Assembly: GCA_027622555.1 (NCBI GenBank)
Contig: JAQBYJ010000001.1
Location: 10,108-74,107, forward strand
Direction: 5' to 3'
From: Verrucomicrobiota bacterium
Lineage (GTDB): Bacteria > Verrucomicrobiota > Verrucomicrobiia > Opitutales > UBA2995
Length of the DNA stretch: 64,000 bases
The translations under genes and the position numbers were made by a program. The notes under the pieces were generated by a model. It had not been told where the DNA came from and searched no databases. It saw only the letters and a list, made by a program, of their open reading frames with translations. Of the stretch, positions 49,941-59,514 are shown in pieces; positions within the stretch are counted from its first letter, which is position 1; each line of letters opens with the position of its first letter.

Positions 49941-50939
49941 TTAGTCCATGCGAGAATCGAGGAGACGCTCATCGATTTTCATTCCCAAAGACAGACCGAG
50001 TTGCTCAAGTTTGGCTTTAATTTCATTCAGTGATTTCTTACCGAAATTACGATATTTGAGCATTTCTTGCTCAGACTTCATCGCCAACTCCCCAACGGTG
50101 GTTATGTTGGCGTTATTCAAGCAATTAGCTGCACGAACAGAAAGTTCGATTTCGTTAACGCTCATATTAAGCAGTTTGCGAAGCTTGTTCTGCTCTTCGC
50201 TAACTTCGGAGCCTTCACTTTCAAATTCTACACTTTCGTCATTAACCTTATCGAACACATCCAGGTGATGTTTAAGGATTGAAGCAGCATGCTTCATCGC
50301 GTCATCAGGTGTTATTCTGCCATCAGTGGAGATTTCAAAAATCAATTTGTCGTAATCGGTCATTTGACCAACCCGAGTGTTCTCTACGCTGTATTTCACA
50401 AGACGAACCGGGCTGTAAAGACAGTCAATTGGGATGACACCGATAGGATCATCTTCACTCTTGTTGTCCTCACCTGGGACATAGCCACGACCTACTTTAA
50501 TTTCAAGCTCAGCGAAAAAACGTTTTTCGTGATCAAGTGTGCAAATCAATTGATCAGGATTAATGATCTCAATATTTGAGTCCGGCTGAATATCTGCCGC
50601 AGTGACTGGACCTTCTTTTGTCACATCGATAAGCAATTTTATAGGCTCGCGCTTATGATTAATCAAAAGAATTTTCTTAAGGTTCAAAACCAGATCGGTG
50701 ATATCTTCAACAATACCCTCGATGCTTTGAAACTCATGACTAACTCCCTCAATTTTAATAGAAGAGATTGCTGCTCCTTCGATAGAGCTCAGAAGAACTC
50801 GGCGCAAAGAATTGCCAATGGTGTGTCCGTACCCGCCTTCAAAAGGTTCGGCTATAAACCGGGCAAACGTTTCATTTGAGCCCTCTTCGTCCTTAGTAAG
50901 GCGGTTGGGTATTTCGAATTTTCCTAATCGGGTGGCCAT
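49941..50939 (-). CDS. rpoA: DNA-directed RNA polymerase alpha subunit
   Basis: 332 aa. FIAEPFEGGYGHTIGNSLRRVLLSSIEGAA. C-terminal domain with ELSVRAANCLNNANITTVGEL. Confidence 0.97.
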   Translation of the reverse strand: MATRLGKFEIPNRLTKDEEGSNETFARFIAEPFEGGYGHTIGNSLRRVLLSSIEGAAISSIKIEGVSHEFQSIEGIVEDITDLVLNLKKILLINHKREPIKLLIDVTKEGPVTAADIQPDSNIEIINPDQLICTLDHEKRFFAELEIKVGRGYVPGEDNKSEDDPIGVIPIDCLYSPVRLVKYSVENTRVGQMTDYDKLIFEISTDGRITPDDAMKHAASILKHHLDVFDKVNDESVEFESEGSEVSEEQNKLRKLLNMSVNEIELSVRAANCLNNANITTVGELAMKSEQEMLKYRNFGKKSLNEIKAKLEQLGLSLGMKIDERLLDSRMD

Positions 50940-50982
50940 GGATCTATTTGAAGATGGTGTGTTAACTTAGCTGCAGACCGGA

Positions 50983-51591
50983 TTAACGGTTATAGAATTC
51001 AACAATGAGCAGCTCATTGATGCCTACCTCTATCTCTTCACGAGTAGGTAGACGGTTTATTTTACCTTTGAAAGTATCTTCGGTGAGAGACGCCCATTCG
51101 GGAATGGTACGAGCCCGGGTTTCGTCAAGAGCGCGGGTCGCAAGTTGCTTTGAAGAGGTGGAGTCTTTAACTTCAATCTCGTCCCCAGCTTGAACTTGGT
51201 AACTTGGAATGTCTACTTTGTGGCCATTCACTTTGATGTGACCGTGGTTCACAAATTGGCGAGCACCCGAACGTGTCTTGGACAGATTTAATCGATAAAT
51301 AACGTTATCCAAGCGAGTTTCCAACTTTTGCAAAAATACTTCACCAGTAACACCTTTGGCGTGTTTGGCTTGCTCATAGGTGCGACGGAATTGCTTTTCT
51401 GTCATACCGTACATATAACGAAGTTTTTGCTTTTCGTTCAGACCGATAGAGTAGTCGCTTTGCTTGCGGCGAAGGCGAGGTCCATGAACCCCGGGGGGAT
51501 AGCTTTTGCGCTCAAAAGCCTTATTAGGTGGGAAAATCGCCATTCCAAAACGGCGATTAATACGTGTAGTGGGTCCTGTGTAACGAGCCAT
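50983..51591 (-). CDS. rpsD: 30S ribosomal protein S4
   Basis: 202 aa. MARYTGPTTRINRRFG, LETRLDNVIYRL, ARQFVNHGHIKVNG. Confidence 0.97.
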   Translation of the reverse strand: MARYTGPTTRINRRFGMAIFPPNKAFERKSYPPGVHGPRLRRKQSDYSIGLNEKQKLRYMYGMTEKQFRRTYEQAKHAKGVTGEVFLQKLETRLDNVIYRLNLSKTRSGARQFVNHGHIKVNGHKVDIPSYQVQAGDEIEVKDSTSSKQLATRALDETRARTIPEWASLTEDTFKGKINRLPTREEIEVGINELLIVEFYNR

Positions 51592-51609
51592 TCTAAGTAA
51601 TTTAAAGGA

Positions 51610-52485
51610 TTAAACGCGACGGCGTTTCGGTGGGCGGCATCCGTTGTGTGGAACGGGCGTTTTATCAACAATAGAGACAATGATCATTCCGAGCGCTTGA
51701 AGTGCACGAACAGCTGAGTCTCTTCCAAGGCCAGGGCCTTTAAGATGAACGGAAACTTCTCTCAATCCATGAGCCATGGCGGCGCGTGTGGCTTCTTGAG
51801 TCACAACCTGTGCAGCATATGCGGTTGATTTTCGTGATCCACGGAAATTGCATTTTCCAGCACTGCTCCAGGAAATAACATTTCCTTTTGTATCAGTAAC
51901 CGAGACCTTCGTATTATTAAATGTAGCGATTACATGTACGATTCCATGGGTAACATTCTTACTACCCTTCGCTCTGCGAATTTTAACACCACTGAGATCA
52001 TCCCCCAGTAATTCTTGAAGCGCAGAAGTTTCTCCCTTCTTTTCTTCAATTTTACCATCGCCGGAATCCTCTTCATCCGACGCGGTTGCTACCTTGGGTG
52101 ACTCTTCGGAAACTTTGGCAGGTTTTGCGGCCTTCGCAGCAGGCGCCTCTTCCTTCTCCGCTTTCGCAGGTGCTTTAACTTTAGGCGCTTCTTCCTTAGT
52201 TGCAGCTTTCGGTGTTTTCTCGGTCGCCTTTGCTGGAGCTTTCGCTTTCTTCGCTACCTTTTTGGTTTTCGCTGGAACGTCTTCTGCAGGAGCCTCTTCT
52301 TCAGCTTTCACTACAGGAACTTCGGCTTTTGGAGCCTCTTCCTTAGAATCCACTTCGCTTGTTTCTTCAACTACCTTTTCGGATTTTTTAGCTTTTGGCT
52401 TATCAACCTTAGCTTCGGCTGCTGGAGCTTCTTGCTTGGGTTCTTCGGCATTTGCCTCTTCGTTCTCTGGATTGTCAGTGCTCAT
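51610..52485 (-). CDS. rpsK: 30S ribosomal protein S11 with ~160-aa Lys/Ala/Glu/Pro-rich N-terminal extension
   Basis: The C-terminal ~130 aa are canonical uS11 ([22 protein letters not shown]...[11 protein letters not shown]...[16 protein letters not shown]). The only in-frame ATG is at 52485, 11 nt after the rpsM stop. Confidence 0.9.
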   Translation of the reverse strand: MSTDNPENEEANAEEPKQEAPAAEAKVDKPKAKKSEKVVEETSEVDSKEEAPKAEVPVVKAEEEAPAEDVPAKTKKVAKKAKAPAKATEKTPKAATKEEAPKVKAPAKAEKEEAPAAKAAKPAKVSEESPKVATASDEEDSGDGKIEEKKGETSALQELLGDDLSGVKIRRAKGSKNVTHGIVHVIATFNNTKVSVTDTKGNVISWSSAGKCNFRGSRKSTAYAAQVVTQEATRAAMAHGLREVSVHLKGPGLGRDSAVRALQALGMIIVSIVDKTPVPHNGCRPPKRRRV

Positions 52486-52496
52486 TTAGTGCAAAA

Positions 52497-52871
52497 TTAT
52501 TTTTTGGTTACTACGCCCACAGTTCTACGGCCGCCTTTACGAGTTCTAGCATTAGTGCTGGTACGCTGACCGCGGACTGGAAGTCCCCGGCGATGGCGAT
52601 AACCCCTGTAGCACTGGATGGCTTGAAGACGCTTTAAATTCGATGCAATATCACGACGTAGATCACCTTCAGTCATCCATTGATTACGTATTATTATCTC
52701 CGAAATCTGGTTAATCTGCTCTTCAGAAAGTTCATGCGCCCGGTGGGCATGATCGAGCTTAAGCTCAGTAACAATCGCAGTTGAGCGAGTCGGGCCGATG
52801 CCGTAAATATAACGAAGAGCGAACTCGGTTCGCTTGTTATTTGGAATGTCTACACCTAGTAATCGAGGCAT
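52497..52871 (-). CDS. rpsM: 30S ribosomal protein S13
   Basis: 124 aa. MPRLLGVDIPNNKRTEFALRYIYGIG. Confidence 0.97.
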   Translation of the reverse strand: MPRLLGVDIPNNKRTEFALRYIYGIGPTRSTAIVTELKLDHAHRAHELSEEQINQISEIIIRNQWMTEGDLRRDIASNLKRLQAIQCYRGYRHRRGLPVRGQRTSTNARTRKGGRRTVGVVTKK

Positions 52872-52936
52872 TGCTTATTGCTTGTTTGGAAATTGTGAAA
52901 AGTGGCCAAAATAACAGCTGATTAATGATTGAAAAG

Positions 52937-53704
52937 CTATTTTTTCGGTAAAGTTAATATTTCTGGACCGTCCTCTGAAATAAGGACTGTGTGCTCAAAA
53001 TGGGCTGAAGGTTTGCTATCTAGAGTGACAGCAGTCCATCCATCGGAAAGAACGCGGACGCTTGGAGTTCCGAGATTGACCATTGGCTCAATAGCCAAAG
53101 TCATTCCTGGTTTTAGTTTCTCACCTTTACCTTTACGACCGTAATTGGGGATTTGCGGTTCTTCGTGCATGGATCTTCCGACTCCGTGACCTACAAAATC
53201 TCTAACGATCGCTAAACCGCGAGATTCGATGTAAGTTTGAACAGCATTGGAAATATCCCCTACTCGACCACCAGGTTTGGCAAAACCTATGGCGAATTCG
53301 AGTGATTTGCGCGTTTCTTCGACAAGGAATTGAACGTCCTCAGAAGCTTCCCCAACAATAATAGTTTTAGCATTATCGCCGATGAACCCATCTAAGCGAA
53401 TGACAACGTCGAGTGATACAACGTCCCCATTCTTGATTGTTCGTTTCATACTTCCAATTCCGTGGACGACTTCTTCGTTCACAGAAATGCAAATATAACC
53501 GGGATACACTTTGCTTCCGTTACGATAATTGTAACAGGCGCTTGTGGCTCCCAATTCTTGAATGAACCGTTTCCCAGCTTGGTCGAGATCGTAAGTGTTA
53601 ACTCCGGGTTCTACGAGCTGAGTGACTTTATAAAGAACAGTGGCTGCAACCTCACAGGCCGCCCTCATTTTAATGATTTCAGCGCTGTTTTTGACAGGAA
53701 TCAT
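52937..53704 (-). CDS. map: type I methionine aminopeptidase
   Basis: 255 aa. Metal ligands in context: VVSLDV, GFIGDNA, GHGVG, AIEPM, FEHTV. Confidence 0.95.
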   Translation of the reverse strand: MIPVKNSAEIIKMRAACEVAATVLYKVTQLVEPGVNTYDLDQAGKRFIQELGATSACYNYRNGSKVYPGYICISVNEEVVHGIGSMKRTIKNGDVVSLDVVIRLDGFIGDNAKTIIVGEASEDVQFLVEETRKSLEFAIGFAKPGGRVGDISNAVQTYIESRGLAIVRDFVGHGVGRSMHEEPQIPNYGRKGKGEKLKPGMTLAIEPMVNLGTPSVRVLSDGWTAVTLDSKPSAHFEHTVLISEDGPEILTLPKK

Positions 53705-53740
53705 GGATTCAGAGTCATGCAGTAAACTAACAGATATAGA

Positions 53741-55249
53741 TCAGAGAACCCAGGTCCTTAGGACCCAAGAAATAATTCCAATCAGAAAAATTGCACCGAG
53801 AACGAGCATTAATGGACGTAGGTTGCCCATTTCAGACGTTACGGAAAGTTGTGGACGAGCTTTGGTAGCTGGATTGCGACCACGAATACGGCCCTTTTTC
53901 AAGAAGCCATCATAGTGGCGTTGCAAAAGATAAGTCTCAACTTGTTGTAAAACTTGAAGAATAACTCCCACCGTAATTAACATCCCGGTTCCTCCAAAGA
54001 AATTGGAGATTTGGTATGGAACGTTGAGGGAGAAAAGAAGAACATCAGGAAATAAAGCAATCAAAGTGAGGAACGCAGCACCCGCGAAGGTTAGACGAGT
54101 CATCACAAAGTCTAGAAACTTTGCAGTCGGCTCACCAGGACGAACGCCGGGAATGTAGCCCCCATTCTTTTTCAGATCATCAGCAACCTGGATCGGCTTA
54201 AACATGACCGATACCCAGAAGTAACTGAAAACCAATATTAGGAATCCAAAAATGAAATAGTAGGAGACCGTTCCTTGAACAAACCAACCGGAAATAGTTC
54301 CTAAAAATGAAAGACTGTTGAAACTGGCAGAAAGGGAAGACAGGATCTGTTGTGGAAACATCAAGATCGCACTGGCAAAAATCACAGGCATTACACCGGA
54401 GTAATTTACCTTCAGTGGAAGGAAAGAACTTTGTCCACCATAGACCTTGCGACCAACTACGCGTTTGGCGTACTGAACCGGAATTTTCCGCATGGCTTGA
54501 ATAACAGCGACAAGTCCAGCCGTTACAACCAGCAGTAACACGAACATCAACGCGAGTTCGGGAACCTCAATTCGACTGGTGCCGATAGGCGCGAAAACCA
54601 TGCGGTAAAGCGTGGCCATCGCACTGGGAAGATCGGAAATAATACCGATCATAATCAATAATGAAACTCCTTGGCCGATTCCTTTTTCAGTAATCTGCTC
54701 TCCGAGCCACATGAGAATGATAGTCCCCGTTGTTAATATGACGACCGAGCTCATTACAAACCAGGCACTATCACTCAGAATGATGGAACCATAGACCTCT
54801 TTCTCAAATCCGGAAAACAATCCTCCAGGATTTTTTAGTCCAATAATTAGCAGAGTCCCCTGGACTAAACAGATAACAATAGTAGCAAGTCGCGTGTATT
54901 GGGTAATCTTTTGTCGACCCACATCGCCTTCTCTGGCGAGACGAGCCAAACTGGGAACTACCGCTGTCATTAACTGAAAGATAATGGACGCCGATATGTA
55001 AGGCATGATGCCCAAAGCAAAAACCGCACCTTTCAGAAGTGCGCCACCCGTAAACATGTTGTAGAGACCAAGTACACCCGAGGAGCCCGATGCCGTTTGA
55101 TCTGCAAAGAAATCTTGAAGCGGCGTAGGATCTATACCGGGAAGCGGAATATTGGCACCGATCCGTGCCACAAACAGCATAGACAAGGTGAAGAAAATCT
55201 TGTTACGCAGTTCCGGTATTTTGAAACTATTTGTAAAGGCGGATAGCAT
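53741..55249 (-). CDS. secY: preprotein translocase subunit SecY (with extra C-terminal hydrophobic segment)
   Basis: 502 aa. LRNKIFFTL, GIMPYISASII, GGYIPGVRPG. A canonical-looking end (LLQRHYDGFLKKGRIRGR) is followed by 44 more residues including LRPLMLVLGAIFLIGIISWVL. Confidence 0.95.
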   Translation of the reverse strand: MLSAFTNSFKIPELRNKIFFTLSMLFVARIGANIPLPGIDPTPLQDFFADQTASGSSGVLGLYNMFTGGALLKGAVFALGIMPYISASIIFQLMTAVVPSLARLAREGDVGRQKITQYTRLATIVICLVQGTLLIIGLKNPGGLFSGFEKEVYGSIILSDSAWFVMSSVVILTTGTIILMWLGEQITEKGIGQGVSLLIMIGIISDLPSAMATLYRMVFAPIGTSRIEVPELALMFVLLLVVTAGLVAVIQAMRKIPVQYAKRVVGRKVYGGQSSFLPLKVNYSGVMPVIFASAILMFPQQILSSLSASFNSLSFLGTISGWFVQGTVSYYFIFGFLILVFSYFWVSVMFKPIQVADDLKKNGGYIPGVRPGEPTAKFLDFVMTRLTFAGAAFLTLIALFPDVLLFSLNVPYQISNFFGGTGMLITVGVILQVLQQVETYLLQRHYDGFLKKGRIRGRNPATKARPQLSVTSEMGNLRPLMLVLGAIFLIGIISWVLRTWVL

Positions 55250-55270
55250 TTAGTTTTGGGTCAAAAAAGC

Positions 55271-55717
55271 TTAAGCAAGTTCGGTTACTTCACCACCAGC
55301 CGCTTCAATCTTTTGCTTGGCAGTAACAGAAAATTTATGAGCACTGACCTTGTAGGCTTTGTCTACTTCGCCAGTTCCCAAGATCTTTACCAGCTTCGAT
55401 CCAGGACGCAAAACGCCCACCTTCGATAAGGTTTCGGGATTTGCTTCTGTCTCATCTCCGAGTTTTGCCAGATCACTGAGGTTCACAACTTCATACGAGG
55501 TCGTAAACTGGGCGTTACTGAAACCACGGTGCGGCAACTTACGATAAAGAGGCATTTGACCACCTTCAAAACCGATGCGAATTCCACCGCCAGTCCGTGC
55601 TTTCTGTCCTTTGTGGCCTTTCCCACAGGTCTTGCCTGTTCCGGAGCTTTCTCCGTTGCCAAGACGTTTTTTGCGGTGAACAGCACCAGGTGTATTTTTA
55701 AGATTATGTAATCTCAT
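55271..55717 (-). CDS. rplO: 50S ribosomal protein L15
   Basis: 148 aa. MRLHNLKNTPGAVHRKKRLGNGESSGTGKTCGKGHKGQKAR. Confidence 0.96.
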   Translation of the reverse strand: MRLHNLKNTPGAVHRKKRLGNGESSGTGKTCGKGHKGQKARTGGGIRIGFEGGQMPLYRKLPHRGFSNAQFTTSYEVVNLSDLAKLGDETEANPETLSKVGVLRPGSKLVKILGTGEVDKAYKVSAHKFSVTAKQKIEAAGGEVTELA

Positions 55718-55734
55718 TGCGAAAATCTCGTTGA

Positions 55735-56214
55735 TTAATCTGCGTTGCGAATTGCAGCAATATGTTCCTTTGAGCGTAATTGCCTCAATCCATCTAAAGT
55801 GGCGTTGATCATGGCCCGGTGGTTGTTTGAACCAAGGGACTTAGAAAGAATATTTTTAACTCCAACTGCTTCGAGCACAGCGCGAACCCCGCCTCCGGCA
55901 ATGACTCCGGTTCCCGGACCGGCTGGGCGCAAAATAACTTTTCCGCCTCCGGACACACCGATAACGGCATGAGGTATGGTGTCATTACGCAGCGGAACAG
56001 TAACCATATTTTTGTGTGCTTTTTCCGTTCCTTTGCGAATTGCTTCAGGTACTTCTTTTGCTTTACCCATTCCAACACCTACGCGGCCATGGAGATCACC
56101 GGTTACTACGGTGGAGGAAAAACTAAAACGACGTCCACCCTTTACGACTTTCGCGCAACGGTTGATGTTGACAACTTTATCTACCAATTCTGGTGCTTCT
56201 TCTGGAGTAGCCAT
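55735..56214 (-). CDS. rpsE: 30S ribosomal protein S5
   Basis: [46 protein letters not shown] at 56214; the track TTG at 56232 abuts the rplR stop. Confidence 0.95.
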   Translation of the reverse strand: MATPEEAPELVDKVVNINRCAKVVKGGRRFSFSSTVVTGDLHGRVGVGMGKAKEVPEAIRKGTEKAHKNMVTVPLRNDTIPHAVIGVSGGGKVILRPAGPGTGVIAGGGVRAVLEAVGVKNILSKSLGSNNHRAMINATLDGLRQLRSKEHIAAIRNAD

Positions 56215-56232
56215 AATAAATTCGTTTAACAA

Positions 56233-56595
56233 TTAGAATGTTAGGCCACCCTCCCGAGCAGCATCTGCGAATGCTTTTACGCACCCGTGGTATATACGTC
56301 CACTACGATCAAACACGACCTTTTCAACTCCTGCGCCTTTCGCCCGTTCGGCAACAATTTTGCCAACGGCTTGGGCACCTTCAACATTTGCCTTTAGGTT
56401 TTGACCCTTGAGGTCTTTGCTCAACGAGGACACATAGACCAAGGTCTTACCCGCATTGTCGTCAATGAGTTGGCCATAGACGTGTTTGTTACTGAGGTGA
56501 ACAGCAAGACGAGGGCGTTCAGCTGAACCGATAATTTTCTTACGGATGCGCCAGCGACGTTTTTGTTTTTGAATAATTTTTTTATTAACTTTCAT
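56233..56595 (-). CDS. rplR: 50S ribosomal protein L18
   Basis: Start at the ATG at 56595, preceded by GGAGG. KRRWRIRKKI..RPRLAVHLSNKHVYGQLIDD, FDRSGRIYHGCVKAFADAAREGGL. The longer track ORF overlaps rplF. Confidence 0.95.
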   Translation of the reverse strand: MKVNKKIIQKQKRRWRIRKKIIGSAERPRLAVHLSNKHVYGQLIDDNAGKTLVYVSSLSKDLKGQNLKANVEGAQAVGKIVAERAKGAGVEKVVFDRSGRIYHGCVKAFADAAREGGLTF

Positions 56596-56608
56596 GATCA
56601 GTCCTCCC

Positions 56609-57148
56609 TTATTTACCGGCTGTTTTACCTTCCTTACGGCGGACGTATTCACCGACAATCTTCACCCCTTTGCCTTTGTATGGCTCTGGTGGGTAAAACG
56701 CGCGGATCGACGCAGCGGCTTCACCAACCATTTGCTTGTCGATGCCTTCGACTTTCAACTTGGTGTTGTCTTTAACCGTGATAGTTATTCCCGAAGGAAT
56801 TGCATAAAGACACGGGTGAGAGTAACCCAGGTTCAGATCGAGATTATTGCCGTTTAACGCAGCTCGAAAACCTACTCCACTGATCTCAAGGTCTTTGCTG
56901 TATCCATCAACAACACCAGTCACCATATTGGCGATCAGTGAGCGGACAGTTCCATACATAGCCTTTGAAAAGCGTGAATTGCCAGAAGGTGCCACAATGA
57001 TCTGAGCCTCTTCTTTTGTTATAGTTACAGCATTGGGGAACTCTTTTTTCAGTTTACCTTTAGGGCCCTCGACGGACACTACATTGGCTTCAACTGAAAC
57101 AGTTACTTGTCCCGGAATGTCTACTGGTAATTTTCCAATTCTACTCAT
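56609..57148 (-). CDS. rplF: 50S ribosomal protein L6
   Basis: MSRIGKLPVDIPGQVTV from the ATG at 57148, preceded by GGAGG. PEPYKGKGV. The longer track ORF overlaps rpsH. Confidence 0.95.
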   Translation of the reverse strand: MSRIGKLPVDIPGQVTVSVEANVVSVEGPKGKLKKEFPNAVTITKEEAQIIVAPSGNSRFSKAMYGTVRSLIANMVTGVVDGYSKDLEISGVGFRAALNGNNLDLNLGYSHPCLYAIPSGITITVKDNTKLKVEGIDKQMVGEAAASIRAFYPPEPYKGKGVKIVGEYVRRKEGKTAGK

Positions 57149-57158
57149 CGTATCCTCC

Positions 57159-57551
57159 TTATTGGACTTTGCAGATAAGTTCGCCACCCACGTTTTGCTG
57201 ACGTGCCTGGTAATCCGTCATCAAACCCTGCGATGTAGTTAGAATGCCAGTACCCATGCCACCAAGTACTTTTGGTACTTCGCTCGCGGCAAAATAGATA
57301 CGGCGACCTGGACGACTGAAGCGCTCAATGGATGAAAAGGCAGGTTCGCCATCTACGAATTTGAGCTCAACTTTCAGGAATTTCTTGTTTCCCGGCATGT
57401 CGATATCCTCGTAGCCTCGAATGTAACCACTCGCTTTTAAAATGCGGGCGATTTCGCGCTTCATTTTTGAATGCTGTACTTGGCAAGACTCCTTGTTCGC
57501 CGCGGATGCATTCCGTATTTGTGTTAAAAAATCTGCAATCGGATCTGTCAT
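57159..57551 (-). CDS. rpsH: 30S ribosomal protein S8
   Basis: 130 aa. MTDPIADFLTQIRNA, GGELICKV. Confidence 0.96.
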   Translation of the reverse strand: MTDPIADFLTQIRNASAANKESCQVQHSKMKREIARILKASGYIRGYEDIDMPGNKKFLKVELKFVDGEPAFSSIERFSRPGRRIYFAASEVPKVLGGMGTGILTTSQGLMTDYQARQQNVGGELICKVQ

Positions 57552-57601
57552 GGATTAATTAGGTGAAGTTGGATGATATCCGTATTCCCAACGTGTTTAG
57601 T

Positions 57602-57907
57602 TTACCAAGAGGATTTAGTTACCCCAGGGATACGACCAGCAAGAGCCAGTTCGCGGAAAGTTATACGAGAAAGACCGAAGCGCCCCATATAAGCACGGGG
57701 ACGACCGGTGATGTTGCAACGGTTGCGCAAACGTACTGCAGAAGAGTTGCGTGGCAACTTTATGAGCGCACGTTGTGCCTGGAAAAACTCTTCGTCCTTT
57801 ACGTCAGGGCTCGAGAGAATTTTCTTAAGTTCAGCACGACGCTCAGCATATTTTGCAACGAGGCGTTCGCGTTTCTTATTTCGATGAATTGCAGAGATCT
57901 TTGCCAT
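57602..57907 (-). CDS. rpsN: 30S ribosomal protein S14 (long, zinc-independent form)
   Basis: 101 aa. [48 protein letters not shown]...W. No CxxC pairs. Confidence 0.95.
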   Translation of the reverse strand: MAKISAIHRNKKRERLVAKYAERRAELKKILSSPDVKDEEFFQAQRALIKLPRNSSAVRLRNRCNITGRPRAYMGRFGLSRITFRELALAGRIPGVTKSSW

Positions 57908-57919
57908 AATATAAGAGAA

Positions 57920-58474
57920 TTAAGCTGAAGGAGTAACCTTGCGAAAAGGCATACCCAGAAGCGTTAGAAGTTCGAGACCCTCATCGTCGGTAGATGCACT
58001 GGTGACGATACAAACATCCATTCCGACCAAGTGCTTATGGGTATCGACGTTGATTTCTGGGAAAATGGTATGATCGGCGATTCCGAGGGTATAATTACCA
58101 CGGCCATCCAATTTTTTACCAATTCCTCGGAAATCCCGAATTAAAGGAAGGGAGACAGTGATCATACGATAAAGAAATTCCCACATGCTGTTACCCCGAA
58201 GCGTAACTTTAACTCCTACGGGCATTCCTTCGCGTAATTTGAAATTCGAAATGCTGACACGCGAAAGGGTAATGACTGGTTTTTGGCCGGTTATAAGACC
58301 TAGGTCCTTGGCGATGTCGTTGATAACATTCTTATCGTTACTGGAACCAACGCCCGAGTTTAGGACGATTTTGGTTACCTTGGGAACTTGCATTACGTTC
58401 TTATATCCGCGGCTCTTTATTAGCGCTGGAACGATTTGCTCGTTATAAGTAGTTTTAAGTGCTGGTTGATTCAT
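57920..58474 (-). CDS. rplE: 50S ribosomal protein L5
   Basis: 184 aa. NVMQVPKVTKIVLNSGVG, RDFRGI, GNYTLGI. Confidence 0.96.
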   Translation of the reverse strand: MNQPALKTTYNEQIVPALIKSRGYKNVMQVPKVTKIVLNSGVGSSNDKNVINDIAKDLGLITGQKPVITLSRVSISNFKLREGMPVGVKVTLRGNSMWEFLYRMITVSLPLIRDFRGIGKKLDGRGNYTLGIADHTIFPEINVDTHKHLVGMDVCIVTSASTDDEGLELLTLLGMPFRKVTPSA

Positions 58475-58583
58475 TTTGTTTTTTGCCGGACTTTTAACCC
58501 GGCGGCTAAACCTTTGAGCCTAATTAGAAAGGTGGTGGAGAAAGACAAAGTTAAGATACCTTGGCAAGCGGTTAATCAATGGA

Positions 58584-58838
58584 TTATTTTGAGCGTCGAG
58601 CGTTGTAGCGCGACTCTTCCATTAGGTTCGAATTGTGGATGCTAGCCTCACGTTCAATGATGCCACCAGACTGACGATCCTCGGCACTCGTTTGTTTTTG
58701 GTGACGCTTGACCATATTGAGGCCTTCAACGATAGACCGTTCTTTGTTCTTGTTGATCTGAAGAACTTTGCCGGACTTGCCCTTTTGGCTTCCGCTAATA
58801 GCGACGACGGTGTCGCCGGTTTTAAAGTGCATTTTCAT
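58584..58838 (-). CDS. rplX: 50S ribosomal protein L24 (short)
   Basis: 84 aa. [24 protein letters not shown] (KOW motif), EASIHNSNL. Confidence 0.92.
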   Translation of the reverse strand: MKMHFKTGDTVVAISGSQKGKSGKVLQINKNKERSIVEGLNMVKRHQKQTSAEDRQSGGIIEREASIHNSNLMEESRYNARRSK

Positions 58839-59204
58839 TTATAGAACCTCCGGTGCTAAAGAAATAATTTTCATAAACCGCTTGCGGCGCAATTCACGGG
58901 CTACGGGACCAAAGATTCGAGTACCTTTGGGATTCTTTTTGTCATCGATAATGACGATGGCGTTGCTATCGAAGCGAAGGTAACTACCATCAGCCCGACG
59001 AATCGGCGCCTTGGTTCGAACTACCACCCCACGGACGACATCTCCTTTTTTAACGGACGCGTCAGTGGTGCTTTCTTTGATATGAACCACGACGATATCA
59101 CCAACGCTGGCGGTTTTTTTCATCTGGCCGAGGCGACGGATCATCTTCGCTTTTTTGGCGCCGGTGTTGTCCGCAATGTCTACACTACTTAGAAGCTGAA
59201 TCAT
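58839..59204 (-). CDS. rplN: 50S ribosomal protein L14
   Basis: 121 aa. [27 protein letters not shown]. Confidence 0.97.
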   Translation of the reverse strand: MIQLLSSVDIADNTGAKKAKMIRRLGQMKKTASVGDIVVVHIKESTTDASVKKGDVVRGVVVRTKAPIRRADGSYLRFDSNAIVIIDDKKNPKGTRIFGPVARELRRKRFMKIISLAPEVL

Positions 59205-59230
59205 TGTAAATTTTCTCTCTGTTAGAAGGG

Positions 59231-59500
59231 TTAGTCCAGGACGGGTGCCACTTCAATAACACGGGTAATACGAAAGCGTTTGAGCTTACTTATGGGACGT
59301 GTCTCCATGATCTCGACTTTATCGCCGGCCTTGGATTCGTTTTTCTCGTCATGCACGTGCAATACGGTCTTCCGGTTAATCACCTTATGATAACGTGGGT
59401 GTGGAATTTTATAAGCCACTGTCACTTTGACGGACTTGTCTCCAGAACGGCTTGAAACCACTCCTTGCAAAACTTTTCGACTATTTCTTTCTTCTGCCAT
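59231..59500 (-). CDS. rpsQ: 30S ribosomal protein S17
   Basis: 89 aa. [43 protein letters not shown]. Confidence 0.96.
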   Translation of the reverse strand: MAEERNSRKVLQGVVSSRSGDKSVKVTVAYKIPHPRYHKVINRKTVLHVHDEKNESKAGDKVEIMETRPISKLKRFRITRVIEVAPVLD

Positions 59501-59514
59501 GATAAATACTCCTG

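Noticed and set aside
52094-52489. Ala/Ser/Phe-rich 131-aa plus-strand ORF
   Set aside because: It is an antisense shadow of the Lys/Ala/Glu-rich S11 N-terminal extension, so the same explanation applies.
56595-56658. N-terminal extensions of the track ORFs for rplR (to 56658), rplF (to 57187), rpsE (to 56232), the inserted ORF (to 61571), the PBP-like gene (to 38199) and kdsB (from 32242)
   Set aside because: The extended starts overlap the preceding gene or use rare start codons. Internal ATGs give canonical N-termini (MSRIGKLPV, MKVNKKI, MATPEE) or clean signal peptides; the rplR and rplF ATGs are also preceded by GGAGG.
57563-57928. 121-aa plus-strand ORF
   Set aside because: It is antisense to rpsN (S14), which is unambiguous.
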